NCBI GenBank assembly: GCA_963767925.1
Contig: CAVYGB010000012.1
Location: forward strand, 10,078-74,077
DNA: 64,000 bases
Source of the DNA: an uncultured delta proteobacterium
GTDB lineage: Bacteria; Myxococcota_A; Polyangia; Fen-1088
Direction: 5' to 3'
Shown: piece by piece, positions 52,450-64,000 of the stretch
How the letters are laid out: the number at the start of each line of letters is the position of its first letter
Numbering within the stretch: the first letter of the stretch is position 1
Made by a program: the position numbers and the translations under genes
Notes under the pieces: model-generated
What the model was told of the DNA's origin: nothing
The model's input: only the letters and a program-made list of their open reading frames with translations
Databases searched by the model: none

Positions 52450-53796
52450 ATGGCCATGGGCAAGGTCTCGCGTCGTTATTTCTTCCTGGCGGGCGGGGCC
52501 ACGTTGGCGGCAGGGTGTGCCGCGGGCAAGCCGGTCAGCCCGCCGGGGCTGGGGCGGCTCGGCTACCGCTCGCCCAACGAGAAGCTCAACGTCGCCGCCA
52601 TCGGCGCCGGCGGCAAGGGGGAGGTCGACATCGGGGCCTGCGCCCGCGAGAACGTGGTCGCCCTGTGCGACATCGACTGGAAGAACGCGAGCAAGACGTT
52701 CGACCGCTTCCCCCAGGCCCGCAAGTACAAGGACTTCCGGCAGATGCTGGACAAGGAGAAGCTGGACGCGGTCACCATCTCCACCGCCGATCACACCCAC
52801 GCGGTGGCGGCGCTGGCCGCCATGCAGCGGGGCCTGCACGTCTACCTGCAAAAGCCCCTCACCCACAACGTGCAGGAGGCGCGGCTGCTGACCGAGGCGG
52901 CCCGCAAGTACAAGGTCGCCACCCAGATGGGCAACCAGGGCCACTCCAACGAGGGGGCCCGCCTGCTGTGCGAGCTGGTCTGGTCGGGGGCCATCGGCGA
53001 CGTTCGGGAGGTGCACGCCTGGACCAACCGCCCGATCTGGCCGCAGGGGATGGCCGGCGCCTTCGCCGGCGAGACCGTGCCCGATCACCTCTCCTGGGAT
53101 CTGTTTCTGGGGCCCGCCCCGCTGCGCCCGTACCACCCGGCCTACACGCCCTTCAAGTGGCGCGGCTTCTGGGAGTGGGGCTGCGGCGCCCTCGGCGACA
53201 TGGCCTGCCACATCCTCGACGGGGCCAACTGGGCGCTGCAGCTCGGGCAGCCGTCAAGCGTCGAGTGCGTGCGCCAGGAGGGGCGCACCGCCGAGGCCTT
53301 CCCCAGCAAGTCCATCGTGCGCTTCGAGTTCCCCGCCCGCCGGACCATGCCCCCGGTTGTCGTCACCTGGTACGAAGGGGGCCTGCAGCCGCCCCGCCCC
53401 GCCGCCGTGCCCGAGGGTCAGAAGCTGGGCGACGGGAACAACGGCTCGCTGCTGATCGGGGACAAGGGCCTGCTCACCACCGGCACCTACTCGGAGCGGA
53501 CCCGCCTGCTCCCCGACGAGCGCATGGTCGACTTCCAGCCGCCGCCCCAGCTCCTCACCCGCTCGCCCGGGCATTACCAGGACTGGATCCGGGCCTGCAA
53601 AGGCGGCGAGCCGGCCTGCGCGAGCTTCGACTACGCCGGCCCCTTCACCGAGTGGGTCCTGCTCGGCACCATCGCCCAGCGCTTCGAGGGCAAGCTGCTC
53701 TGGGACGGCCCCAACATGCGCTTTTCCAACCGCCCCGAGGCCAACCTGCACCTGACCCGCGCCGCCCGCCCCGGCTGGGAGCTCCCGGCGGTCTGA
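52450..53796 (+). CDS. Gfo/Idh/MocA oxidoreductase with a Tat signal
   Basis: SRRYFF, AAIGAGGKG, HVYLQKPL, TQMGNQG and GALGDMACH. Confidence 0.92.
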   Translation: MAMGKVSRRYFFLAGGATLAAGCAAGKPVSPPGLGRLGYRSPNEKLNVAAIGAGGKGEVDIGACARENVVALCDIDWKNASKTFDRFPQARKYKDFRQMLDKEKLDAVTISTADHTHAVAALAAMQRGLHVYLQKPLTHNVQEARLLTEAARKYKVATQMGNQGHSNEGARLLCELVWSGAIGDVREVHAWTNRPIWPQGMAGAFAGETVPDHLSWDLFLGPAPLRPYHPAYTPFKWRGFWEWGCGALGDMACHILDGANWALQLGQPSSVECVRQEGRTAEAFPSKSIVRFEFPARRTMPPVVVTWYEGGLQPPRPAAVPEGQKLGDGNNGSLLIGDKGLLTTGTYSERTRLLPDERMVDFQPPPQLLTRSPGHYQDWIRACKGGEPACASFDYAGPFTEWVLLGTIAQRFEGKLLWDGPNMRFSNRPEANLHLTRAARPGWELPAV

Positions 53797-53830
53797 GGGC
53801 GCCGCCCTGTCGTCCGACGCCGTCGACGCG

Positions 53831-55252
53831 GTGGTCATCGGCTCGGGACCGAACGGGCTGGCGGCGGCGGTCCGCCTGGCGGCGGCCGGCGCCTCGGTGC
53901 TGGTGCTCGAGGGGGAGGCCGAGATCGGCGGCGGCACCCGCACCGCCGAGCTGACCCTGCCCGGGTTCCAGCACGACCGCTGCTCGGCCGTCCACCCGAT
54001 GGCCGTCCTGTCGCCCTGGTTCCGCAGCTTGCCGCTCGCCGAGCACGGCCTGCGCTGGATCCGCCCGCCCCTGTCGGTGGCCCATCCGCTCGACGATGGC
54101 CCGGCCGCCCTGCTCCGCCTGTCGCTCGCGGAGACCGCCGCCGAGCTGGGGGACGACGGCCCGGCCTACCGCCGGCTGCTGGCCCCCTTCCTCGGCGATC
54201 CCCACGCCCTGATGCAGGATGCGCTGGCCCCGCTGGGCCTGCCCCGGCACCCCTGGCTCCTGCTGCGCTTCGGGCTGCGCGCGCTGCGCTCGGCGGTCGG
54301 CCTGGCCGGCCGGTTCGACGGCGTGGCGGCGCGGGCCCTGCTGGCCGGCTGCGCGGCGCACTCGATCCTGCCGCTCGACCGGGCCTTCACCGGCGCGCTC
54401 GGCCTGATCTTCCTGGTGGCCGGCCACGTCGAGCCCTGGCCGGTCGCCGCCGGGGGCTCGCAGGCCATCCCGCGGGCCCTGGCCAGCCTGCTGCGCGCCT
54501 CGGGCGGCCGCATCGAGACGGGCGTGCGCGTGCGGTCGCTCGCCGACCTGCCCCCCGCCCGGGCCTACCTGTTCGACACCAGCCCGGCCCAGCTCGCCGA
54601 CATCGCCGCGCCGGTGTTGCCCGCGCGCTACCTGCGCCGCCTGCGCCGCTACCGCTACGGGCCGGGCACCTTCAAGATCGACTGGGCGCTCGACGGCCCC
54701 ATCCCCTGGCGCGATCCCCGCTGCCTGCAGGCCTCCACCGTGCACGTCGGCGGCACCTTCGAGGAGGTGGCCGCCGCCGAGGCGGCGGTCTGGCGCGGCG
54801 AGCACCCCGAGCGCCCCTTCGTGCTGCTCTGCCAGCAGAGCCAGTTCGATCCCGACCGCGCCCCCGCGGGCAAGCAGACCGGCTACGCCTATTGCCACGT
54901 CCCGCCCGGCTCGACCGTCGATCTGCGCGACACAATCGAGCGGCAGGTGGAGCGGTTCGCGCCCGGCTTCCGCGCGCGCATCCTGGCCCGGCACGTGACA
55001 ACCCCCGCCGACTTCGAGCGGGAGAACCCCAACTACGTCGGCGGCGCCGTGACCGGCGGCGCGGCCGACATCGGGCAGCTCTTCACCCGGCCGGTGGCCC
55101 GGCTGGATCCCTACCGCACGCCCCACCCCCGCATCTACCTCTGCTCGGCCTCCACCCCGCCCGGCGGCGGCGTGCACGGCATGTGCGGCTACCACGCGGC
55201 GCAGAGCGCGCTCCGGCGGCTGCACCGGTTCGCGGCATCGCCGCTGGGCTGA
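53831..55252 (+). CDS. FAD-dependent oxidoreductase (phytoene dehydrogenase-like)
   Basis: IGSGPNGLAAA, HDRCSAVHP and YLCSASTPPGGGVHGMCG. The start may be a few codons upstream. Confidence 0.9.
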   Translation: MVIGSGPNGLAAAVRLAAAGASVLVLEGEAEIGGGTRTAELTLPGFQHDRCSAVHPMAVLSPWFRSLPLAEHGLRWIRPPLSVAHPLDDGPAALLRLSLAETAAELGDDGPAYRRLLAPFLGDPHALMQDALAPLGLPRHPWLLLRFGLRALRSAVGLAGRFDGVAARALLAGCAAHSILPLDRAFTGALGLIFLVAGHVEPWPVAAGGSQAIPRALASLLRASGGRIETGVRVRSLADLPPARAYLFDTSPAQLADIAAPVLPARYLRRLRRYRYGPGTFKIDWALDGPIPWRDPRCLQASTVHVGGTFEEVAAAEAAVWRGEHPERPFVLLCQQSQFDPDRAPAGKQTGYAYCHVPPGSTVDLRDTIERQVERFAPGFRARILARHVTTPADFERENPNYVGGAVTGGAADIGQLFTRPVARLDPYRTPHPRIYLCSASTPPGGGVHGMCGYHAAQSALRRLHRFAASPLG

Positions 55253-55452
55253 CGCCACGGGGCGAGCCACGGAGCAGGCCGCCCCGGGGCCTGGTGTGCC
55301 GCTTGCTGTTCCCGGTCGCGCCACCTCGAGGAGATCCCATGAAATCAGCGCGCTCGACCCCACTCCGCAGCTCTTCCGTCGCCCGGCTGGCGAAACCGTC
55401 ACCCCGCGAGCGACAGACCCCGGCCCGCGGCCAGACGAGGTAAAAAGGACCC

Positions 55453-56475
55453 GTGTCGACCGTGTCCTTCCCGTCGCACCGCAGTGGCCCGGTCCTCGCC
55501 CGGCGATCCCTCGGCCTGCTCGCCGCCCTGCTGGCGCCGGTCTTGCTCGCCGCCCCGGCGCGCGGGGACGCCCCCCCCAGCCCGCAGCGGAAGGCCGAGG
55601 CCAGCGCCTTCCTGGTGCGGGGCGCGGAGCTGATCGACGCCGAGGATCTGGAGGGCGCGCTCGCCCAGTTCGAGGCGGCCTACCGCCTGGTGCCGAGCCC
55701 GAACATCCTCCACAACTTCGGCATCGTCTACCAGGGGCTGGGGCGCAAGGCCGCCGCCCTGGAGGCCTTCGAGCGCTTCCTCAGCGAAGCGCCGCGCGCG
55801 CCCGCCGCCGCCCGCACCCACGCCGAGCGGGCGGTGCAGGCCCTGATCCGGGAGGTGGCTGCCGTGCAGGTGCGGTCCGATCTGCCGGGCGCCCGCATCT
55901 TCGTCGATGGCCGCAACGTCGGGCAGACGCCGCGCGCGCTGCCGGTCTACCTCGACCCGGGTCCCCACCACCTGTCGGTCGAGAAGGAGGAGGTGGGCGC
56001 CGTCTTCACCGAGCGGGTGGAGGTCGCCGCCGGCCAGCAGCTCACCTTGCAGGCGCAGCTCGCCGGCCCGATGGCCAGCTTGACCGCGACCGACGGGCTC
56101 GAGGTCGGCTCGGGTCCTGCCGGGGGGCTGGCCCGCTGGCAGCGGCCGGCTGCCTGGGCGGCCCTGGTTGGCGCGGCGGTCGCCTCGGGCGTGCTGGTGA
56201 GCCAGCTCCTGGCGCGCCAGGGCGCCGTCGGCGCCTTCAACGACCGGGGCTGCGGCACCGAGGACCCGGAGCGGGGCGGCGCGGACTGCCCGGTGCTGTT
56301 CGAGCGGATCGGCCGGGCCGGCACGCGCGCCATGCTGAGCGCGCTGGCGATGGCCGCCTTCGGCAGCGGCGCGGTCGCGCTGTACGTGACCCTGCCGCAG
56401 CCGCTCGCCGGGAGCGCCGGTGCGCCGGTCCGGATGGCGTCGCCGCTCGGCCTCGGCCTGAAGGGACGGTTCTGA
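55453..56475 (+). CDS. TPR plus PEGA domain protein
   Basis: Signal peptide, ALAQFEAAYRLVPSPNILHN (TPR), GARIFVDG...LDPGPHHL (PEGA) and C-terminal hydrophobic segments. Confidence 0.85.
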   Translation: MSTVSFPSHRSGPVLARRSLGLLAALLAPVLLAAPARGDAPPSPQRKAEASAFLVRGAELIDAEDLEGALAQFEAAYRLVPSPNILHNFGIVYQGLGRKAAALEAFERFLSEAPRAPAAARTHAERAVQALIREVAAVQVRSDLPGARIFVDGRNVGQTPRALPVYLDPGPHHLSVEKEEVGAVFTERVEVAAGQQLTLQAQLAGPMASLTATDGLEVGSGPAGGLARWQRPAAWAALVGAAVASGVLVSQLLARQGAVGAFNDRGCGTEDPERGGADCPVLFERIGRAGTRAMLSALAMAAFGSGAVALYVTLPQPLAGSAGAPVRMASPLGLGLKGRF

Positions 56476-57800
56476 TGCCGCCGCGCCACCTGCCTCCGCC
56501 CCGCGCCCTCCTGACCGCCGCCGTCGCGGTCGCGCTGCTGGCCGCCTGCGCGCAGCCCAACGCCCACGGCAACCGGCCGCAGCTCCCCGACGGCGCGGCC
56601 GGCCCTGATGTGGCCGCGCGGGACGGCGGTGGGGTGGCCGGCCCGCCCGAGGCGGGGACGCCGCCCGCCGACGCCGCCGCGCTGGATGGCGGGCGGCCCA
56701 ACCCGGGCACGCCGGACGCGGCCGCGCCCGACGCGAGCGCCGCCGACGGACCGCCCGACGCCGCGCCAGAGCGCTGCACCCCGCAGGAGCTGGGCTGCAG
56801 CACCGACGGCAAGGCCATCCGGATGTGCGACGAGCAGGGGCGCTGGGTCGAGGGGGTGACCTGCGGTCCCCAGTCGGCCTGCAGCGCGGGACGCTGCCTG
56901 TGTGGTCCGGGCGCCTGCGAGGTGACGCCCATCCTCGGGACGCCCGGCGTCGTCGAGGCCCTGGCGGGCGCTGGGCGCTCGCTGTTCCTGACCGTCAACG
57001 GGACCAGCGCGAGCATCCGGCGCCTCGACCTCGACAGCCGGGCCGAGCAGGTGCTGCAGACGGGCGCCGGCCTGTTCACCCGCTTCTCCATCGACGCCGA
57101 CCCGATGGGCAACCTCGCCTGGTGCAGCGAGGAGTTCGGCGGCAACGGGCGCAGCGGGCAGGTCGTGTTCGGCGCCCAGGTGATCGACACAGGACCCTGC
57201 ACGCAGGTGCGCAAGCTCGGCGACCGGGTCTTTTACAACGGGCAGCAGCTCTACCGCCGGGCCCTCGACGGATCGGCGGCCGAGGTCGTCACCCCGGAGG
57301 TGGTGACGACCTTCGAGATCGCCGGCGAGCACCTGTACTTCTTCATCAACCGCAACGCCGAGGCCGAGCTGAAGCGTTTCCCCCTCGCCGATGCCGGCCG
57401 GGTCGAGAGCCTGCTGCGCCGCCCGGACGGCATCTTCCGCCAGATCGCCGTCGACGGAACCCACGCCTACCTGGTGGCCGAGGACGGGATCGTGCGCCTG
57501 CCGGTGGCCGGTGGCGCGCCCGAGATGTACTGGCGCGACGCCGGCCCCGAGGTCTGGGCGCTGGCGCTGACCGAGACCCACGTCTACTGGTCGACGAGCC
57601 GGTTCGACGGGTCGACCTGCGCCGAGACCCAGGTCTGGCGGCAGCCCAAGATCGGCAGCGGGGCGGTGGTGCTGTCGACCGTCGGCGGGCACTGCGCCGG
57701 TCACCTCTTCGTGCTCGGCCCGCACATCTACACGGGGATCGCGGCCTCGCAGGGGAGCAGCAGCTCCGGACCGACCCAGGTTTTGCGCATCCGGCTGTGA
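56475..57800 (+). CDS. Lipoprotein with a Cys-rich segment and a probable beta-propeller
   Basis: The ATG overlaps the upstream TGA. Lipobox LLAAC, a DAG/DAA linker and IAVDGTHAY / LALTETHVYW repeats. Confidence 0.75.
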   Translation: MPPRHLPPPRALLTAAVAVALLAACAQPNAHGNRPQLPDGAAGPDVAARDGGGVAGPPEAGTPPADAAALDGGRPNPGTPDAAAPDASAADGPPDAAPERCTPQELGCSTDGKAIRMCDEQGRWVEGVTCGPQSACSAGRCLCGPGACEVTPILGTPGVVEALAGAGRSLFLTVNGTSASIRRLDLDSRAEQVLQTGAGLFTRFSIDADPMGNLAWCSEEFGGNGRSGQVVFGAQVIDTGPCTQVRKLGDRVFYNGQQLYRRALDGSAAEVVTPEVVTTFEIAGEHLYFFINRNAEAELKRFPLADAGRVESLLRRPDGIFRQIAVDGTHAYLVAEDGIVRLPVAGGAPEMYWRDAGPEVWALALTETHVYWSTSRFDGSTCAETQVWRQPKIGSGAVVLSTVGGHCAGHLFVLGPHIYTGIAASQGSSSSGPTQVLRIRL

Positions 57801-57847
57801 TCGCGACGGACCGCGGCGGGGTCCGGTCGGCTACCATAGCCGGCCTG

Positions 57848-59170
57848 ATGACCCGCTTCGACGAGACCATGTCGCAGGGCGACCCTTCCGGATACGAGGG
57901 GGCGCGCCTCAGCCGCAAGCCGACCCTGCGCTGGACCGACGGCCGCGGCTCCCACGCCCGCGAGGTCGGCGAGAACCTGGTGGTGGGCGGCGCCCCCGGC
58001 GTCGACCTCGTGATCGAGGACCCGGCCGTCTCGCGCCTGCACGCCGAGCTGGAGCTGTCCGACAGCGGCCTGTGGGTGCGCGATCTCGAGAGCCGCAACG
58101 GCACCTTCGTGCAGGGCGTGCGGGTGAGCCGGGCCTGCATCCCCGACGGCGGCCAGCTCCGGATCGGGGCGACCGATCTGACCCTCAGCTACGCGCCCGA
58201 GCCCACCCCGGTCGAGATCTGGCCAGAGCCCCGCTTCGGGCCCATGGTGGGCAGCAGCGTGCCGATGCGCGAGCTGTTCGCCCGGCTGGCCCGGGTGGCG
58301 CGCTCGGAGGCGACCGTCCTCATCCAGGGGGAGACCGGCACCGGCAAGGAGGTAGCGGCCCAGGCGATCCACGACGCCTCCGCGCGCGCGGGCGAGCCCT
58401 TCGGCATCATCGATTGCGGGGCCCTGCCCGAGAACCTGCTCGAGGCCGAGCTGTTCGGCCACGCCCGCGGCGCCTTCACCGGCGCGGTCGAGGCCCGGGC
58501 TGGCGCCATCGAGGCGGCCGACGGCGGCACCGTGTTCCTCGACGAGGTGGGCGAGCTGCCGCTCACCATGCAGCCCAAGCTCCTGCGCGTGCTCGAGTCC
58601 CGCACCGTGCGCCGGGTGGGCGAGACCGCGCACCGGCCGGTCAACGTGCGCTTCCTGTCGGCCACGAACCGCGACCTGCGGACGATGGTCAACACCCGCG
58701 CCTTCCGCGAGGACCTCTACTTCCGCCTGGCGGTCCTGCCCGTCACCATCCCTCCGCTGCGCGACCGCCCCTCGGACATCCTGGCCCTCGTGCAGCACTT
58801 CTTGCCCGCCGAGGCGCTGGCCGCGGTCAGCCCCCAGATGGTGCGCGAGCTGATGGGCCGCCCCTGGCTGGGCAACGTGCGCGAGCTGCGCAACTTCGTC
58901 GAGCGCGCCCTGGCCCTCGGCGCGCGCGAGGCCCTGGCCCTCAGCAGCCCCGCCGGCTCGCCCGACGCCGCCGCCAGCGAGCTGCGCCTCCCCCCCGAGC
59001 TCCTGACCCTCCCCTACAAGGAGATGCGCGAACGCGTCCTCCTCAACGCCGAGCGCGACTACATCAAAGGCCTCCTCGAACGCCACGGCCGCAACGTCTC
59101 CGCCGCCGCCGAAACCGCCGGCCTCAACCGCACCTATCTGTATCGCCTGGTCGCCAAACACGGCCTCTGA
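57848..59170 (+). CDS. FHA-domain sigma54-dependent enhancer-binding protein
   Basis: VSRLHA/DLESRNGT (FHA), GETGTGKE, GAFTGA, FLDEVG, FREDLYFRL and a C-terminal HTH. Confidence 0.93.
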   Translation: MTRFDETMSQGDPSGYEGARLSRKPTLRWTDGRGSHAREVGENLVVGGAPGVDLVIEDPAVSRLHAELELSDSGLWVRDLESRNGTFVQGVRVSRACIPDGGQLRIGATDLTLSYAPEPTPVEIWPEPRFGPMVGSSVPMRELFARLARVARSEATVLIQGETGTGKEVAAQAIHDASARAGEPFGIIDCGALPENLLEAELFGHARGAFTGAVEARAGAIEAADGGTVFLDEVGELPLTMQPKLLRVLESRTVRRVGETAHRPVNVRFLSATNRDLRTMVNTRAFREDLYFRLAVLPVTIPPLRDRPSDILALVQHFLPAEALAAVSPQMVRELMGRPWLGNVRELRNFVERALALGAREALALSSPAGSPDAAASELRLPPELLTLPYKEMRERVLLNAERDYIKGLLERHGRNVSAAAETAGLNRTYLYRLVAKHGL

Positions 59171-59216
59171 TCCCCGGATCATCCGCACGAAAATGATCGA
59201 GGCAACTCCCCCAGTT

Positions 59217-59266
59217 GTTCGCCCTCGCCCCGCGGCAGCGGGGAGAGGGAGGGGTGAGGGGTCTCC
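59217..59266. repeat. REP-like element, nearly identical to the core of the 10164 array unit
   Basis: gttcgccctcgccccgcggcagcggggagagggaggggtgaggggtctc. Confidence 0.85.
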
Positions 59267-59421
59267 CGTGGCCGCCGTCCGCACGCCCCTTCCTCATCGG
59301 GTGGATTTGTCCCCCCTGCGCCGAACGGCTACCCAAAATGAGCGCCGGCCAAAATTTCTGCCACCGAGGTCCTGTCCCCTCCTTGTGACGGAGCTCTTGT
59401 TTCCAGCTTGAGCCGCCGGAG

Positions 59422-59490
59422 GCCCCTCACCCGGCGCGCAGACGCGCCGACCTCTCCCCACGGCCGCAGACGGCCGCGGGGAGAGGTGAT
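59422..59490. repeat. REP-like element
   Basis: gcccctcacccggcgcgcagacgcg, shared with the copy near 19653, then an acctctcccc...ggggagaggt hairpin. Confidence 0.8.
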
Positions 59491-59569
59491 GAAGCGGCGG
59501 CGGCGCCCTGACGGAGGATCTTCCGACTGCGAGTGGGAAGCGCGCTCGCGGGCGGGCTGAGCGGGCGGA

Positions 59570-61048
<1,479 letters not shown>

Positions 61049-61140
61049 CGGCTTGGGCCCCGATCTTGAACGTCCTGCTCCCCCCGGGCAAGCCTGGCGG
61101 CTTGGGCGCCTGCGCAGGAGCTGCGCGTCGAGCCCCGCGG

Positions 61141-62205
61141 TCAGGCCTGGAGCAGGACCTTGATGGCGTCCTCGCGGCGCTCCGAGAAGATCTGGTAGGC
61201 CCGCGCCCCCTCGGACAGCGGCAGCTCGTGGGTGATGATCTCGGTGTGCCGGAAACGGCCCTCCAGGACCAGCGGCAGCAGGTGATCGATGTGGTGGCGG
61301 GCGTGGCAGCGGCCGATGCGGAAGCCGAGGTTCTTGCCGTAGGCGGCCTGGATGGGCAGGGGGTAGACGTCGGCGGTGTGGTAGCCGGCGATGCTGACGG
61401 TGGCGCCCGGACGGGCCAGCTCGATCGCCAGATCGAGCGCGCCCGCCGCGCCCACCGCCTCGAGCACGGCGTCGGCGCCACGGCCGTCGGTCAGCTCGCG
61501 CACGAGGCGGGTGGCCTCCTCGGCCCCGGCGGCGGGCAGGGCGCCGAAGGTCCGGGCGCGCTCGCGCCGGTAGCCGACGCCGTCCACGGCGACCACCGCC
61601 GCGGGGGCGAACAGCAGCGCGGTCTGCACGCACAGCAGCCCGACCGGGCCGCAGCCCACCACCACAACCACGTCGCCCGCGGCGATGCTGGCGGCCTGGG
61701 CGCAGCCGTAGGCCGTCGAGAGGATGTCGCCGAGGAAGAGCGCCTCCCGATCCGCGAAGGGCTGGCCGTCGGGACGCTGCGCGGGCAGCTTGACCAGGGT
61801 GCTGTCGGCCAGCGGGACCCGCACCCGCTCGGCCTGCGCCCCCTCGAGGCCCCGGCCCGCCTCGGTGACGAAGCCGAACCCGCTCGACTGCAGGCAGCGG
61901 CCGGTCAGGCCGCGGCGGCAGTAGAAGCAGGCGCCGCAGCTCACGGTGAAGGGCGCCACCACCCGGTCGCCGGGACGGAGGTCACGCACGCCGGCTCCCA
62001 CCTCCTCGACAACGCCCACCAGCTCGTGCCCCATGATGGTGCCCGGGCGGCAGCCGCGGTCACGGCCCGAGACGATGTGCAGGTCCGATCCGCACACGCC
62101 GGCGCAGGTGACCCGCACCAGCGCCTCGTCGGGGCCGGCGAGGCGTGGCTCCGGGCGGTCCTGCACCTCGACGACCCCGGGACTGTGAAGAACGACGGCT
62201 TTCAT
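61141..62205 (-). CDS. Zinc-dependent alcohol dehydrogenase (MDR family)
   Basis: GVCGSDLH, GHE, CGACFYC...C, GDILSTAY and GCGPVG. Confidence 0.92.
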   Translation of the reverse strand: MKAVVLHSPGVVEVQDRPEPRLAGPDEALVRVTCAGVCGSDLHIVSGRDRGCRPGTIMGHELVGVVEEVGAGVRDLRPGDRVVAPFTVSCGACFYCRRGLTGRCLQSSGFGFVTEAGRGLEGAQAERVRVPLADSTLVKLPAQRPDGQPFADREALFLGDILSTAYGCAQAASIAAGDVVVVVGCGPVGLLCVQTALLFAPAAVVAVDGVGYRRERARTFGALPAAGAEEATRLVRELTDGRGADAVLEAVGAAGALDLAIELARPGATVSIAGYHTADVYPLPIQAAYGKNLGFRIGRCHARHHIDHLLPLVLEGRFRHTEIITHELPLSEGARAYQIFSERREDAIKVLLQA

Positions 62206-62279
62206 GCGCGGCTCCGATCGACCCCGGAGACTACGCCAAGGGGCTAGCCATTGGCGGGCGGAAGCGTAGGCTTGCCGCC

Positions 62280-64000
62280 ATGCAGGTGACGGCGCGCCAG
62301 GTTTGCTTCGCTTCCATGTTGCTCCTCGGGTCGACCGCGGCCCGGGCCCAGACCGGGTCGGAGAAGGCCGCGCCCGACCGGCCGGCCTACCAGAAGCCGA
62401 CGAAGGACATCCTCGACGTCCTGCACGCGCCCCCGCCGCCGCAGCCAAACCTGAGCCCGACCCGCGACCGGCTGCTGCTCGTGCAATGGCCCCGCTACGA
62501 CCGGATCTCAGACCTGGCCGAGCCGATGTTGCGGCTGGCCGGCGTGCGGGTGAACCCGCGCAACAACGCACTCCACGGCGCCGGGTACTCCACCGGGCTC
62601 AGCCTGCGCAAGCTCGACGATCCCGCCGAGACGAGCGTCAAGCTGCCGGCCGGGGCCCGCATCGGCGTCATACGCTGGAACGCGGCCGGGACGATGGTGG
62701 CCTTCATCAACACAACGGCCACCGGGGTGGAGCTCTGGGTCCTCGACGCCGCCAGCGGGCGGGCCCGCCGCGTGCCTGGCGTGAGCCTGAACCTGCTGCT
62801 CGGCAGCGGGCTGCAGTGGATGCCCGACGGCAAGACCCTGCTGGTAAAGCTGATCCCGAGCGGGCGCCGGACGCCACCCCCCGCTCCCACCGTCCCTCCC
62901 GGACCGCGGATCGAAGACAGCCAGGGGGGCGCGGGCGCCAGCAGCACCTACGAGGCGCGCGATCTGCTGCGGGGACGCCACGACGCCGATCTGTTCGAAC
63001 ACTACGCCTCCGCGCAGCTCGCGCTGGTCCAGGTCCCCTCGGGCAAGGTCACCCGCCTCGGCAAGCCGGCCGTGCTGAGCGGCGTGAGCCCGGCGCCGGG
63101 CGGGCGGCATCTGCTTGTCGAGCGGCTGATCCGCCCCTATTCCTACCTGCGGGCCCACCCCCGGTTTCCCAGGGAGGTGGAGGTCTGGGGGACCGACGGC
63201 CAGCCCATCGAACGGGTGGCCAGCTTGCCCCTGGCCGAGCAGGTGCCGATCGACGGCGTGGTGGTGGGTCCCCGGGGCCATAGCTGGCGCCCGACGGCGC
63301 CGGCCACCTTGATCTGGGCCGAGGCCCTCGACGGCGGCGACCCGAAGAAGAAGGTCTCCCACCGCGACCGGGTGATGATGAAGCCGATGGCCGGCGCGCC
63401 GGCCGAGCTTCACCGCACCGAACACCGCTTCGCGGGCACGAGCTGGATCGAGACCGGCGGCCAGGTGCTGCTCTCGGACTTCGATCGGGACCGGCGCTGG
63501 CGGCGCACCTTCTTGCTGGCGGCCGACGATCGCGCGACGCCGCCCCGGCTGCTCTGGGACATGAGCGCCGACGAGCGCTACGCCGATCCGGGCACCCCCA
63601 TCTACGAGATGTTGCCCACCGGCACCTGGGCGGTGCGCCGCCACGAGGACTGGATCTACCTCGAGGGCCAGGGCGCCTCACCCCAGGGGGATCGACCGTT
63701 CCTCGACCGGCTCAACCTCAAGACGCTGGCCAGCGAGCGCCTGTTCCGCACCCAGCCCGGCAGCCTGGAGGGGATCGTCACCCTTGTCGACCCCCGGGCC
63801 GGGACCTTCCTCACCCGGCGCGAGTCGTCGAGCGAGCCGCCCAACCTGTTTCTGCGCACGCTGGCCCCGCCGGCGGGCAAGACCGCCGCCGCCGGCGAGA
63901 GCGCCTGGACCACCCAGGCGGTCCCGGTGACCCGCTACCCGGATCCGACGCCCCAGATCCGGGGCATCAGCAAGAAGCTCGTCACCTACAAGCGCGGCGA
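62280..64000 (+). CDS. S9/prolyl-oligopeptidase-family peptidase, N-terminal part (runs off the window)
   Basis: Absent from the ORF track. Manual translation gives a signal peptide, YQKP, DLAEPMLRLAGVRVNP, WAEALDGGDP, RYADPG, GASPQGDRPFLDR and TRRES..EPPN. The catalytic domain is beyond the window. Confidence 0.85.
   Translation, partial: MQVTARQVCFASMLLLGSTAARAQTGSEKAAPDRPAYQKPTKDILDVLHAPPPPQPNLSPTRDRLLLVQWPRYDRISDLAEPMLRLAGVRVNPRNNALHGAGYSTGLSLRKLDDPAETSVKLPAGARIGVIRWNAAGTMVAFINTTATGVELWVLDAASGRARRVPGVSLNLLLGSGLQWMPDGKTLLVKLIPSGRRTPPPAPTVPPGPRIEDSQGGAGASSTYEARDLLRGRHDADLFEHYASAQLALVQVPSGKVTRLGKPAVLSGVSPAPGGRHLLVERLIRPYSYLRAHPRFPREVEVWGTDGQPIERVASLPLAEQVPIDGVVVGPRGHSWRPTAPATLIWAEALDGGDPKKKVSHRDRVMMKPMAGAPAELHRTEHRFAGTSWIETGGQVLLSDFDRDRRWRRTFLLAADDRATPPRLLWDMSADERYADPGTPIYEMLPTGTWAVRRHEDWIYLEGQGASPQGDRPFLDRLNLKTLASERLFRTQPGSLEGIVTLVDPRAGTFLTRRESSSEPPNLFLRTLAPPAGKTAAAGESAWTTQAVPVTRYPDPTPQIRGISKKLVTYKRG

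Overview
GC-rich bacterial DNA, most likely from a myxobacterium (Myxococcota, Polyangia-like). That call is inferred from the Gly/Ser/Pro-linker lipoproteins, the TPR-PEGA protein, the FHA-sigma54 activator with a Ser/Thr kinase, and the DUF1592/DUF1552 pair. About 40 CDS are supportable, and I saw no rRNA, tRNA or CRISPR array. Most genes are ordinary: aldo/keto reductases, NDH-2, a CheB-CheR hybrid kinase, a NitT/TauT ABC transporter, oxidoreductases and an S9 peptidase. There are two accessory regions. The first (about 2.3-7.2 kb) holds a collapsed SpvB/Rhs toxin with a ParB-like toxin tip, a coupled immunity gene and a caspase-like protease. The second (about 38-47.3 kb) holds a DUF4258/MqsA-like toxin-antitoxin pair, a three-level IS nest, a lower-GC three-gene membrane cargo and a RIT recombinase remnant abutting an IS21 istB fragment. 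The most striking feature is at 47551-49095: an ECF sigma factor fused through a repeat linker and a TM helix to a GT51 peptidoglycan transglycosylase domain. Both conserved glutamates of that domain are replaced by glutamine, making it a candidate one-component lipid II/moenomycin sensor. Several genes carry frameshifts that may be long-read indel errors. All family assignments come from motif recognition by eye, not from database searches.
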